DNA from: an uncultured Eubacteriales bacterium
Lineage (GTDB): Bacteria; Bacillota; Clostridia; Peptostreptococcales; Anaerovoracaceae
Assembly: GCA_902780815.1 (NCBI GenBank)
Contig: CACZGY010000001.1
Coordinates: 1-54,385 of the forward strand
Reading direction: 5' to 3'
Length of the DNA: 54,385 bases
The notes beneath the pieces are model-generated. The model was not told where the DNA came from. It saw only the letters and a program-made list of their open reading frames with translations, and searched no databases. A program made the translations under genes and the position numbers. Numbering within the stretch: position 1 is the stretch's first letter; every line of letters starts with the position of its first letter. Below are positions 38,504-47,486 of the stretch, piece by piece.

Positions 38504-39991
38504 TTAACCTCTGACATTGCTCTTTTCAATAACGTACTCTTTCATATCTGATATTTCGATAACATCGTTATGAATTATAGGTTTTTTGAATATTCCAGCG
38601 AGCCCTGCAGGAATGGCGGCACCGGTAATCTCGTGGCATTTATTCATATTGCCCTCATCACTGCCGGTGAGTTCTTCTCCAAGAGCCTCAAGCACGGCAG
38701 CTGAGAACTTATAAGGCGAAGCTGTTGACAGAACAACTGCAGGAACCTCTGAATAGTCAGGGGCTTCTTTATATCTCTCCATGCATGCCCATGCTATGGA
38801 TGTATGGGTATCCATAAGATATCTGTCTGCTTCGAACACGTTTCTTATTGCAGCGGCACCTTCATCATCACCTGCATATATTCCCGTGAATACAGATTTG
38901 ATTTTTTCGAGCTCTTCCGGAGTGATCGTATATTCGCCTGTCTGTTCGAGCTGCTTCATATATTCTACTGTATGGTCCGGACCGCACACGTAATAAAGCA
39001 GACGCTCGAGGTTGCTTGATACGAGGATATCCATGGAAGGCGAGGTGGTCTTGTAGAATTCACGTTTTCTGTCATAGTGTCCTGTGTTGAGGAATTCAGT
39101 CAGCACATCATTCTTGTTTGATGCGCAGACGAGCCTGCGGATCGGAAGCCCCATCTTCAGTGCATACCAGCCCGCCATGATATCACCGAAGTTTCCTGTA
39201 GGAACTACAAAATCAATGCTGTCTCCGTCGTTGATTACTCCTGCTTTAAGAAGCTGGGCGTATGCCGAAAAGTAATAAACGATCTGAGGAACGAGCCTTC
39301 CTATATTTATGGAATTCGCACTTGAAAGTGATACTCCTTTGACTGGATTCGGAATTTCCCTGAAAAGGCGCTTTACACCTGTCTGAGCATCGTCAAAATT
39401 ACCGCGGATAGCGCATGCTGTCACGTTTGCACTTGCAGGGGTTACCATCTGCAGCTTCTGAGTGTCCGAAACTCCTCCATAAGGGTAGAAGACGATGATG
39501 CCCGTTCCGGGAACATCTCTGAAGCCCTGTATCGCGGCGCTTCCGGTATCACCTGAAGTAGCTGTCAGGATCATGATGTCGTCGGTGAAATCATTCATGC
39601 TTCGAGCTGCGCTCATAAGATTTGGCAGTGCGGAGAGGGCTACATCCTTGAAAGCTGAGGTAGGTCCGTGATAAAGCTCCAGTACATATGCACCGGTTTT
39701 TTTACTGCATACTTTTACAAGCGGAGTTATGTCTTCAGAAGAGAACTTGTTTTTATAGCTTCTTTCGACCAGCTCATCGATCAGCTCTTCGCCATAGTCA
39801 TCAAAGAAAATGTTCCATACAGCTTTTGCCATGCTCCTGAAATCGCCGCTGATTATGTTGTGATAATCCGTCTTTACCTGATCGAGATCGGAAGGAACGT
39901 AAAGACCGCCTCCTTCAGCCTGGCCGTCAAGGATGGCCTTGCTTGATCTGACTCTGATGGATGGGTTTCTTGTACTTACATATTCGATCAT
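38504..39991 (-). CDS. thrC: threonine synthase (long form)
   Basis: 495 aa from ATG 39991 (MIEYVSTRNPS) behind AGGAAAGG. PLP-lysine block GPTSAFKD. The 64-codon upstream extension in the ORF track is rejected. Confidence 0.9.
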   Translation of the reverse strand: MIEYVSTRNPSIRVRSSKAILDGQAEGGGLYVPSDLDQVKTDYHNIISGDFRSMAKAVWNIFFDDYGEELIDELVERSYKNKFSSEDITPLVKVCSKKTGAYVLELYHGPTSAFKDVALSALPNLMSAARSMNDFTDDIMILTATSGDTGSAAIQGFRDVPGTGIIVFYPYGGVSDTQKLQMVTPASANVTACAIRGNFDDAQTGVKRLFREIPNPVKGVSLSSANSINIGRLVPQIVYYFSAYAQLLKAGVINDGDSIDFVVPTGNFGDIMAGWYALKMGLPIRRLVCASNKNDVLTEFLNTGHYDRKREFYKTTSPSMDILVSSNLERLLYYVCGPDHTVEYMKQLEQTGEYTITPEELEKIKSVFTGIYAGDDEGAAAIRNVFEADRYLMDTHTSIAWACMERYKEAPDYSEVPAVVLSTASPYKFSAAVLEALGEELTGSDEGNMNKCHEITGAAIPAGLAGIFKKPIIHNDVIEISDMKEYVIEKSNVRG

Positions 39992-40272
39992 TTTTTTACC
40001 TTTCCTGTTGTACGGCGCAAAAAGCCATAACAAGTAATAAATTATTGAATTACGACAATGATTATGATACATTACTCCTGTCACAAAGACAAGTGTTTTC
40101 GTATCACGGACACAAATAAATGGTTTGTCCACCTGACACGGAACATCACAAAAAAACGCTGAAAATTTTGTGTTAAGAAACAAATAATCAACTGGCTAGT
40201 TCAAAAATTGGCAAAAAACAAATTGGACCTTTTTTCGTACAAAACACAAAAAACACATTGGAGGCATTTTGG

Positions 40273-41436
40273 ATGAAGATAGCTATCATGGGATTCGGCA
40301 CTGTCGGAAGCGGTGCATATGAGACTGCTATGAATGCAGGCGGAATAGAAGTAGTAAGGATCCTTGCAAGACACGGCAGGGAAGGCTATGAACATTTGAA
40401 CGGAATAATCACGGCAGATATAGATGATATTGCAGGTGATCCTGAAATCGATCTTGTTATTGAATCTATCGGAGGCATAGAGCCTGCAAGGGAATACGTG
40501 CTTAAATGTCTGCGGGCAGGCAAACACGTGGTGACACCAAACAAGAATCTGATAAGCGCATGCTATAAGGAACTCATGGATGAGGCTGATGCTAACGGCG
40601 TCAAACTCAGATTTACCTCTGCTGTTGGAGGCGGTATACCGTGGCTGTTCAACCTTGTGAGAACCAAGCGCTGCGATGAGATCCTCAAGGTCAGAGGCAT
40701 TGTGAACGGAACCTGCAATTATATTCTGGACGCGATGTACGACAAGGGATCGGACTTTGGCGAGATGCTGAAGATCGCCCAGGAACTCGGTTATGCCGAA
40801 ACAGATCCTTCATCTGATATAGAAGGTACAGATACTCTTAGAAAAACTGTTATCAGCACTAATCTTGCGTTCGATGCGGCAATCAAGGAAGAAGATGTAC
40901 CATGCTACGGCATTGACACCATAAAGGCCTGTGACATCGCGTATCTCAGAAAGAAAAACCTGGTTTGCAAGCTTATGATGAATGCGGAGAAGAAGGGCGA
41001 CGTGATCGAAGTCTATGTTGAACCGACTGCTTTTCCTGAAGGTTCGCTTGAGGCAAACGTAAAGCTTAACAATAACCTGATCACGCTGACTGCGAAATAT
41101 CTTGGTACACAGAGCTACTTCGGACAGGGTGCGGGAATGATGCCTACCGGGGAATCCGTAATACAGGATGTGATAGACATACGTGATGGCAAAGAGATGA
41201 TGAAAGTCTCCGGAAAAGATTCTCTTAAGGCAGATAACAGCAATGCCGTGCACAGATATTACATAAGGCACGACCGCATGTGCGAGCACATGGAGCCGCT
41301 GGTGGATACGTATGAAGAAATAGACGGTATATATTACTGCATCTCGAAACCGGTTCCGGTAGAGAAGATGCATGAAATGGGACATCACCGCAAGGAGAAG
41401 GGCAAAGAAATGTTCTTCGCTGCACTTGCTGATTAG
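40273..41436 (+). CDS. hom: homoserine dehydrogenase
   Basis: 387 aa from ATG 40273 behind GGAGG. NAD(P) loop MGFGTVGSG. Divergent from thrC and followed by ask and asd. Confidence 0.88.
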   Translation: MKIAIMGFGTVGSGAYETAMNAGGIEVVRILARHGREGYEHLNGIITADIDDIAGDPEIDLVIESIGGIEPAREYVLKCLRAGKHVVTPNKNLISACYKELMDEADANGVKLRFTSAVGGGIPWLFNLVRTKRCDEILKVRGIVNGTCNYILDAMYDKGSDFGEMLKIAQELGYAETDPSSDIEGTDTLRKTVISTNLAFDAAIKEEDVPCYGIDTIKACDIAYLRKKNLVCKLMMNAEKKGDVIEVYVEPTAFPEGSLEANVKLNNNLITLTAKYLGTQSYFGQGAGMMPTGESVIQDVIDIRDGKEMMKVSGKDSLKADNSNAVHRYYIRHDRMCEHMEPLVDTYEEIDGIYYCISKPVPVEKMHEMGHHRKEKGKEMFFAALAD

Positions 41437-41453
41437 ATATAGAAAGGGAAAAA

Positions 41454-42779
41454 ATGTTAAAAGTACTGAAATTCGGCGGATCGAGCCTGGCAGACAGCTC
41501 GCAGTTCGCAAAGGTAAAAGAAATCGTAGAATCTGACAGTTCACGTGAAGTGGTCATAGTATCGGCTCCGGGAAAAAGGAACAGTGACGACAACAAGATA
41601 ACTGATCTGCTTTATCTGGTCCATGCTCATATCCGTTATGGCGTTGCTCATGACGGAGTCCTCTCCATGATAAAGAAAAGATATTCCGAGATCAGAAAAG
41701 GCTGCGGGCTTGAGACTGCAATTGAGTCGATAATCGATGAGACGTTTGCCGGCGTTGATAAAAAGACCCCGGTGGACTTCATAGCTTCAAGAGGTGAGTA
41801 CTTCAGCGCAAGACTTATGGCGGAGTATCTTGGGTATGAGTTCGTGGATGCGGTAGACTGGCTGTGCTTTGAGTACAACGGAAAAGTGAACGCGGAAAAG
41901 TCTGAGGAAAAGCTCAGGGAACTCAAAAACAAATACGGCCGGATCGTGACCCCGGGATTCTACGGCGCGTTGCCGAACGGAGATATCCGCGTGTTCCCGA
42001 GAGGCGGATCCGATATAACAGGAGCCCTTGCTGCAGCATATCTTGGCGCTGATGTATATGAAAACTGGACTGATGTTTCCGGGATCCTGATGGTAGATCC
42101 GCGTATCGTGGAAAACCCGAAGACGATAGCCAGAGTCACTTATGACGAGCTGAGAGAGCTCAGTTACATGGGAGCTTCAGTATTGCATGAAGATACCGTA
42201 TTCCCGGTCAGGATAAGAGACATTCCTGTCAATATCCGCAATACGAATGCACCGGATGATCCCGGCACTATTATCAGGGAACACTTTGATGACGAGCTTG
42301 AGGAAGAAACTGAAAGGTTCATTACCGGAATAGCCGGAAAACGCAATTTCTCGATCATCAGTATCTATAAAAGCAGAATAGGTGAGGAGAAGCTCGGCCT
42401 GCTCAGACAGGTGCTCGAAGTGTTTGCCCGCTATGAGATACCGGTGGAGCAGATACCTAGCGGGGTAGACAGCTTCTCGATAGTATTCCCAAGCGGGAGC
42501 ATCGGAGGCAGAAAACATGAGCTCATGCAGGAACTTTCAGAATTTGAGAGCATCGACAACTGCACTCTCACTGAAGGCGTCAGCCTCATAGCTATCGTAG
42601 GCCGCCAGATGGCTTATAGGATAGGTATCTCCGGCAAGATCTTCAGGACGCTGGGAGAAAACAAGATAAATATCAGAACGATAGAGCAGTGTGCTGATGA
42701 GATCAACATCATGGTAGGAGTTTATGACGAAGATTTCGACAGGGCCATAAGGGTGCTCTATGAAAGCTTTGCTAAATAA
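41454..42779 (+). CDS. aspartate kinase
   Basis: 441 aa. N-terminal VLKFGGSSL kinase motif. C-terminal ACT-like regulatory region. Confidence 0.9.
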   Translation: MLKVLKFGGSSLADSSQFAKVKEIVESDSSREVVIVSAPGKRNSDDNKITDLLYLVHAHIRYGVAHDGVLSMIKKRYSEIRKGCGLETAIESIIDETFAGVDKKTPVDFIASRGEYFSARLMAEYLGYEFVDAVDWLCFEYNGKVNAEKSEEKLRELKNKYGRIVTPGFYGALPNGDIRVFPRGGSDITGALAAAYLGADVYENWTDVSGILMVDPRIVENPKTIARVTYDELRELSYMGASVLHEDTVFPVRIRDIPVNIRNTNAPDDPGTIIREHFDDELEEETERFITGIAGKRNFSIISIYKSRIGEEKLGLLRQVLEVFARYEIPVEQIPSGVDSFSIVFPSGSIGGRKHELMQELSEFESIDNCTLTEGVSLIAIVGRQMAYRIGISGKIFRTLGENKINIRTIEQCADEINIMVGVYDEDFDRAIRVLYESFAK

Positions 42780-42817
42780 TTAAGAAATAACATAGAAAAA
42801 GAAAAGGGAGTGTAGAC

Positions 42818-43852
42818 ATGAAGAAGTACAACGTAGGAGTAATGGGAGCGACCGGAGCGGTCGGACAGCAGATGATCAAGGTCCTCGGTGAGAGGAATTT
42901 CCCGGTAGGCGAACTCAGATGCCTGGCAAGTGAAAGATCCGAGGGTAAAGTACTTAGCACACCTTTCGGTGATGTTACTGTACAGAGAACATGCGAGACA
43001 GCGTTCGAAGGTCTCGACATCGTGCTCGGCGCATCGGAAAATGACATCGCAGAGGCAATGGCACCTCACATCAAAGCAGCAGGAGCAGTATTCGTAGACA
43101 ACTCATCTGCGTTCAGGCTGTATCCGGATGTTCCGCTGGTAGTTCCTGAAATCAATCCGGAAGATGTCGAGTGGAACAACGGTATTATCAGCAATCCTAA
43201 CTGCACTACGATCATTTCGCTTGTTGCGATCAATGCCATAAACAAGCTCTCAAAAATAAAGGGTATTTATGCTTCGTCGTATCAGGCAACGAGCGGTGCA
43301 GGCGCTGCAGGTCCGGTTGAGATGTATAATCAGTCAGAAGCAGTCCTGAAGGCAAGAGCAGCAGGCGGCGAGGGTAACTCGTACGGAGCGGATATCGAGC
43401 CAAAGGTGTTCCAGTACCAGATCGCATACAATGTGATACCGCAGATCGGCGGATTCGGTGAAAATCTTTATTCATCTGAGGAGATGAAACTGCAGAATGA
43501 AGGCCGGAAGATCATGCACCTTCCGGATCTCAAGGTAAGCTGCACCTGCGTCAGAGTGCCTGTTGAGAGATCCCATGCGGTTTCCATAGATGTCATCACG
43601 GAAGATAAGCTTGATCTGGAAGACGTCAGAGCTGCGGTCATGGAAGCTCCGGGATGCAGACTGTACGATGAGCCGTCTGAGAAGATCTATCCGATGCCGC
43701 TGCTTACTTCCAATCAGGATATCGTCTATGTTGGCAGGATCCGCCGCGACCTCGTAAATGAGAACGGAATAAACCTCTGGTGCTGCGGCGACCAGGTGCG
43801 CAAGGGTGCTGCAACGAACGCAGTACAGATCGCGGAACTTCTCATTAAATAA
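42818..43852 (+). CDS. asd: aspartate-semialdehyde dehydrogenase
   Basis: 344 aa. GATGAVGQ dinucleotide loop and active-site cysteine in SNPNCTT. Confidence 0.93.
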   Translation: MKKYNVGVMGATGAVGQQMIKVLGERNFPVGELRCLASERSEGKVLSTPFGDVTVQRTCETAFEGLDIVLGASENDIAEAMAPHIKAAGAVFVDNSSAFRLYPDVPLVVPEINPEDVEWNNGIISNPNCTTIISLVAINAINKLSKIKGIYASSYQATSGAGAAGPVEMYNQSEAVLKARAAGGEGNSYGADIEPKVFQYQIAYNVIPQIGGFGENLYSSEEMKLQNEGRKIMHLPDLKVSCTCVRVPVERSHAVSIDVITEDKLDLEDVRAAVMEAPGCRLYDEPSEKIYPMPLLTSNQDIVYVGRIRRDLVNENGINLWCCGDQVRKGAATNAVQIAELLIK

Positions 43853-43879
43853 ACTGGTAAATAAGAAACAGGCATAAAG

Positions 43880-43908
43880 CCCCGCTCCGCTGGAGCGGGG
43901 TTTTATTT
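43880..43908 (+). terminator. intrinsic terminator after asd
   Basis: CCCCGCTCC (43880-43888) pairs with GGAGCGGGG (43892-43900), followed by TTTTATTT. Confidence 0.85.
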
Positions 43909-43924
43909 CGCAAACAACAATAAG

Positions 43925-43945
43925 GGGACGGGCTTTGCCCGTCCC
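43925..43945 (-). terminator. terminator-like hairpin oriented for a minus-strand transcript
   Basis: 9-bp GC-rich stem GGGACGGGC/GCCCGTCCC with a 3-nt loop. On the minus strand it is followed by CTTATTGTTGTTT. On the plus strand there is no U tract. Confidence 0.45.
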
Positions 43946-44300
43946 TCGTAACTTCCTGTATTCAGTTGTATCTCCGCTGTACATATCTCCAATACAGCTT
44001 TGAATTTGTTCGTTGTTAATGTTGTTTTCCAGGCTGCCCCGCAATCACATCTGCTGATAATGATTTGGTGTCCCGTTATTCGTCACCTCCGGGTTGCCTG
44101 TAAGTCGGCCTGCCTAGCAGTGTCTTTATAGCGGAACAGCCCCTTTCTCAAATGCTCCCATTGGTCTGTCCTCCGTATTCTGCGCGCTGCGCGCTTTTCG
44201 TTTGCCGGATCACCATCTGATCTTTTTTTATTTTACTCCGTCCGGCTTTTTCTTTTCTCTTTGTTGTCTCTATTGTACTGATATAAAAACAAAATGCAAT
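43946..44300. other. ORF-free, coding-like-GC region: candidate structured ncRNA or decayed small gene(s), strand unresolved
   Basis: No canonical ORF. About 50% G+C and 62% pyrimidine on the + strand by hand count of 43981-44220. Hairpins at both ends. Two orphan Shine-Dalgarno motifs on the minus strand. See findings. Confidence 0.3.
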
Positions 44301-44495
44301 ACCTTTTGAACATTCTTAATGTATTAAAAGAATACAAAAAAACTCTTGATTTTTTGTGCGGGTTAACAATAATTGCTCCAAATGTGTCCATTAACATCAA
44401 AACAGGATGCAATTTGTGTTATCATATGTGTCATAATACAGATTCAGAATATAAAGAAAGCATTACCTGAAAAGGTATATTTAGATCGAAAAAGT

Positions 44496-44999
44496 ATGGA
44501 CTGTTTACATCATCCTTTTGGCCCGCTGTTTAACGGGAACAGCCGTGTTCTTATTCTCGGTTCGTTTCCGTCAGTAAAATCCAGAGAGCAGAATTTTTTC
44601 TATGGCCATCCGCAGAACAGGTTCTGGAGAGTAATCGCAGCCTTGTTCGACCAACCTGTTCCACAGAACATAGAGGAGAAAAAGCAGCTGATCCTGAATA
44701 ACGGACTGGCGCTTTGGGACTCGATCGCCAGCTGCGAAATAACGGGATCTTCGGATGCAAGCATAAAGAACGTCTCTGCCAATGACATAGGAATCATACT
44801 GGATAACTGTAACATCGAGAAAATATATTGTAACGGACGCAAATCTTTTGAACTTTACTGCAGATACATAGAGCCTCAGACAGGAAGAGCGGCAATATGT
44901 CTCCCATCGACAAGTCCGGCAAACGCACGATGGACACTTGAAAAACTTGTAGAAGCCTGGTCAGTAATATCAAAGGAGATTCAAAAAAATGCTGATTGA
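44496..44999 (+). CDS. UDG-superfamily DNA glycosylase (hypoxanthine/deoxyinosine-DNA glycosylase-like)
   Basis: 168 aa from ATG 44496 (MDCLHHPFGP). Blocks VLILGSFPSVKS and FFYGHPQNRFW. The longer TTG-started ORF from 44373 is not preferred. Confidence 0.6.
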   Translation: MDCLHHPFGPLFNGNSRVLILGSFPSVKSREQNFFYGHPQNRFWRVIAALFDQPVPQNIEEKKQLILNNGLALWDSIASCEITGSSDASIKNVSANDIGIILDNCNIEKIYCNGRKSFELYCRYIEPQTGRAAICLPSTSPANARWTLEKLVEAWSVISKEIQKNAD

Positions 45000-45381
45000 C
45001 GAATTGCTCCGGATGCCATACTGGGTCATTGACATCCTTCCAGGGCAGGTTCCTTCCGGCAGTCCGGGACAGTATTTCGCTGTTGAAAGGTATTTCCTGG
45101 ACAAAGACCGTATCGAAGGGATCAAGCAAAAGCATATAAATCTGGTTCTTAAACTGAACTGCTATATGGATGTTTCCATAAAAGAGATCAATCCATCCCC
45201 TGAACGCATAGCAGAGGAGATGAGAAGCAGATATATGTACATTATGCTGAACGATTCAATGATACTTTCGGAACCTGACGATACCCATTTGACGGTTTTC
45301 AACCCCGATCCTGAAACACTGGATCTGATCAGGAAATTAGCTGCAGGTGAAGGCATGTTTGTCTGGCAGCCGCGTTTATAA
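44989..45381 (+). CDS. hypothetical protein (130 aa)
   Basis: The ATG overlaps the glycosylase stop by 11 nt, so translational coupling is possible. I recognise no motif. Confidence 0.5.
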   Translation: MLIDELLRMPYWVIDILPGQVPSGSPGQYFAVERYFLDKDRIEGIKQKHINLVLKLNCYMDVSIKEINPSPERIAEEMRSRYMYIMLNDSMILSEPDDTHLTVFNPDPETLDLIRKLAAGEGMFVWQPRL

Positions 45382-45412
45382 AGCGAAAAAATACAGACCG
45401 GGGAGGAAAGTA

Positions 45413-45970
45413 ATGATCATTCTGATCGATATGGACGATACGATAGAGCAGCTCCTGAGGGCCTGGCTAAAGGGAGTTAATGAAAGGTACGGATACTCAG
45501 TCCGCTATGAGGATATGACATCATGGGATGTTTCGGCGCCATATCACGGCCTGACAAAGGAGCAGGTATATTCGATACCTGATGAGCCCGGATTCTGGGG
45601 TACGGTAGAGCCAATCGAAGGAGCTGCAGAGGTTATACGCAGTTTTATGGACGAAGGTCACGAGGTATACATCGTAACGGCTACTCCATACATATCTGTT
45701 GCGGAAAAGATGGAAGATCTTCTTTTCAGGTGGTTTCCGTTTATAACATGGGACCAGGTGATTATCACCAGGCGCAAACAGCTTATCAGAGGTGACGTCC
45801 TTATAGATGACGGAGTACACAATCTCGAGGGCGGAGATTATATAAAGATTTTGATGACAGCCCCGCATAACCGTGACTACGACGCGGAAGGCAACGGAAT
45901 GATTCGTGTTAATAACTGGGAAGAAATCAGAGAAGTGGTTTCCGGCATTGCCGGAAGCACAGAAGGGTAA
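45413..45970 (+). CDS. 5'(3')-deoxyribonucleotidase (HAD superfamily, NT5C-like)
   Basis: 185 aa from ATG 45413 behind GGAGGA. HAD motif I in ILIDMDDT. Also YIVTA and LIDD. Confidence 0.7.
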   Translation: MIILIDMDDTIEQLLRAWLKGVNERYGYSVRYEDMTSWDVSAPYHGLTKEQVYSIPDEPGFWGTVEPIEGAAEVIRSFMDEGHEVYIVTATPYISVAEKMEDLLFRWFPFITWDQVIITRRKQLIRGDVLIDDGVHNLEGGDYIKILMTAPHNRDYDAEGNGMIRVNNWEEIREVVSGIAGSTEG

Positions 45971-45981
45971 GGGAGTAAAAG

Positions 45982-46758
45982 ATGCACGAACGCATCAGCA
46001 CAATGATGAAACTTGAAGAGTTCTTTAAGGCGCATAAAAAGATTGCAGTAGCCTTCTCGGGGGGAGTCGATTCTGTGTACCTCCTTTATTCTGCCGTGAA
46101 ATCCGGAGCTGATGCTAAAGCCTACTATGTTAAATCGGCTTTTCAGCCGGGATTTGAGTTTGAGGATGCAAAGAAACTTGCTGAGATCATAGGCTGTCCT
46201 CTTTGCGTGATAGAAGTTGACGTGCTTTCAGACGGAACCGTAGCTGCTAATCCGCATGACCGCTGTTACTACTGCAAACAGCATATCATGGGTGCGATTA
46301 CCGAAGCTGCAAAGGCCGATGGCTATGATTTCATCTGTGATGGAACGAACGCTTCGGATGACGCTGATGACAGACCGGGATTCAGAGCGCTTGGAGAATT
46401 CGGAATAAGGTCACCGCTGAGAGAGTGCGGCCTTACAAAGGCAGAAATAAGAAAGGCCTCTAAAGAGGCAGGCCTCCCGACATGGGATAAACCGGCATAT
46501 GCATGCCTCGCCACACGTATACTTACAGGTGAAAAGATAACAGAGGAAAAACTGCAGACCACTGAAAAAGCCGAAATCATACTTTATGACATGGGCTTCA
46601 GAGATTTCAGGGTCAGGATGAGGGGAGACAAAGCACTTGTGCAGATAGAGGAAAGCCAGCACAAAGAGGCACTTGCACGCAGTGAGGAGATAATAAAGGC
46701 CCTTGCCGGAATGTATGAGGAAGTAAAAATCGACGGAAGCCCGCGCATTTCAGGCTGA
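45982..46758 (+). CDS. larE: PP-loop ATP pyrophosphatase, LarE-like sulfur transferase family
   Basis: 258 aa. PP-loop AFSGGVDS, CYYCK, and conserved cysteine in PAYACLATR. Confidence 0.7.
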   Translation: MHERISTMMKLEEFFKAHKKIAVAFSGGVDSVYLLYSAVKSGADAKAYYVKSAFQPGFEFEDAKKLAEIIGCPLCVIEVDVLSDGTVAANPHDRCYYCKQHIMGAITEAAKADGYDFICDGTNASDDADDRPGFRALGEFGIRSPLRECGLTKAEIRKASKEAGLPTWDKPAYACLATRILTGEKITEEKLQTTEKAEIILYDMGFRDFRVRMRGDKALVQIEESQHKEALARSEEIIKALAGMYEEVKIDGSPRISG

Positions 46759-46809
46759 TTTCTGCAATTATCATCATTGACCGGGACTGCCTGAAAATTA
46801 TATTATTAA

Positions 46810-46836
46810 ACGGGTATGGGCTTACCGTCTTTTTTG
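46810..46836 (+). terminator. intrinsic terminator after the larE-like gene
   Basis: ACGG(G)TA / TACCGT stem (46810-46828) followed by CTTTTTT. Confidence 0.5.
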
Positions 46837-46861
46837 TGTTTAAAATCGGAGGGATATCCTG

Positions 46862-47482
46862 ATGGATTGCTTGATCATAGGCGTTGCCGGCGGTACAGGT
46901 TCCGGCAAATCGACATTTACAAACCGTATCAAAGATGAGTTCGGCGACAGAGTAACAGTCATTTATTATGACAACTACTACAGAGCTCATGACGATATTC
47001 CGTTCGATGAAAGGAAACTGATAAACTACGACCATCCGGATGCCTTTGAGACAGATCTATTCATTGAGCATCTGAGAAAGCTCAGAAACGGTGAGCCGGT
47101 TGAATGCCCTGTGTATGACTATACGGTCCACAACAGGAGCAAGGAGACCGTTACTATCAAGCCATCTCCGGTCATCATCGTTGAAGGAATCATGGTTCTT
47201 CAGAACGAAGAACTCAGGGATCTGCTGGACATAAAAATATATGTCGAGGCAGATGCTGATGAGAGAATACTTCGCCGTGTGATCCGTGACGTAAAGTACC
47301 GCGGCAGGGATGTGGAAGGCATTGCGCAACAGTATCTGACAACTGTAAAGCCTATGCATTACATTTATGTAGAACCTACCAAGTACCTGGCCGATATCGT
47401 GCTTAACAGCGGTATGAATGACGTCGTATTTGATGTGATCAAGGTAAAGATACTGTCGCATCTTGCAAGACAGGTCTATTAG
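46862..47482 (+). CDS. udk: uridine kinase
   Basis: 206 aa. P-loop GVAGGTGSGKST and uridine kinase body (YDHPDAFE, IVEGI). Confidence 0.93.
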   Translation: MDCLIIGVAGGTGSGKSTFTNRIKDEFGDRVTVIYYDNYYRAHDDIPFDERKLINYDHPDAFETDLFIEHLRKLRNGEPVECPVYDYTVHNRSKETVTIKPSPVIIVEGIMVLQNEELRDLLDIKIYVEADADERILRRVIRDVKYRGRDVEGIAQQYLTTVKPMHYIYVEPTKYLADIVLNSGMNDVVFDVIKVKILSHLARQVY

Positions 47483-47486
47483 CGGT

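Noticed and set aside
43472-44044. 190-aa minus-strand ORF that would partly fill the ORF-free region
   Set aside because: It has a TTG start without an SD, reads through both terminator hairpins, and continues antisense into asd. It is not credible as a gene.
44020-44115. Cobalamin-riboswitch-like strings on the plus strand (GCTGCCCCGCAA and AAGTCGGCCTGCC resembling the B12 box)
   Set aside because: The GGGAA / GGTG-AAA-TCC core and the GCCACTG element are absent, the B12-box match needs a deletion, and the downstream gene (a DNA glycosylase) is not a plausible B12-regulated target.
43909-44300. Tested by eye for tmRNA, SRP RNA, RNase P RNA and T-box signatures
   Set aside because: None is present on either strand: no tRNA-like 3' end (TTCGA..CCACCA), no GGAAGGAAGCAGC SRP domain IV, no GAGGAAAGTCC RNase P CR-I, and no T-box GGTGGTACCGCG.
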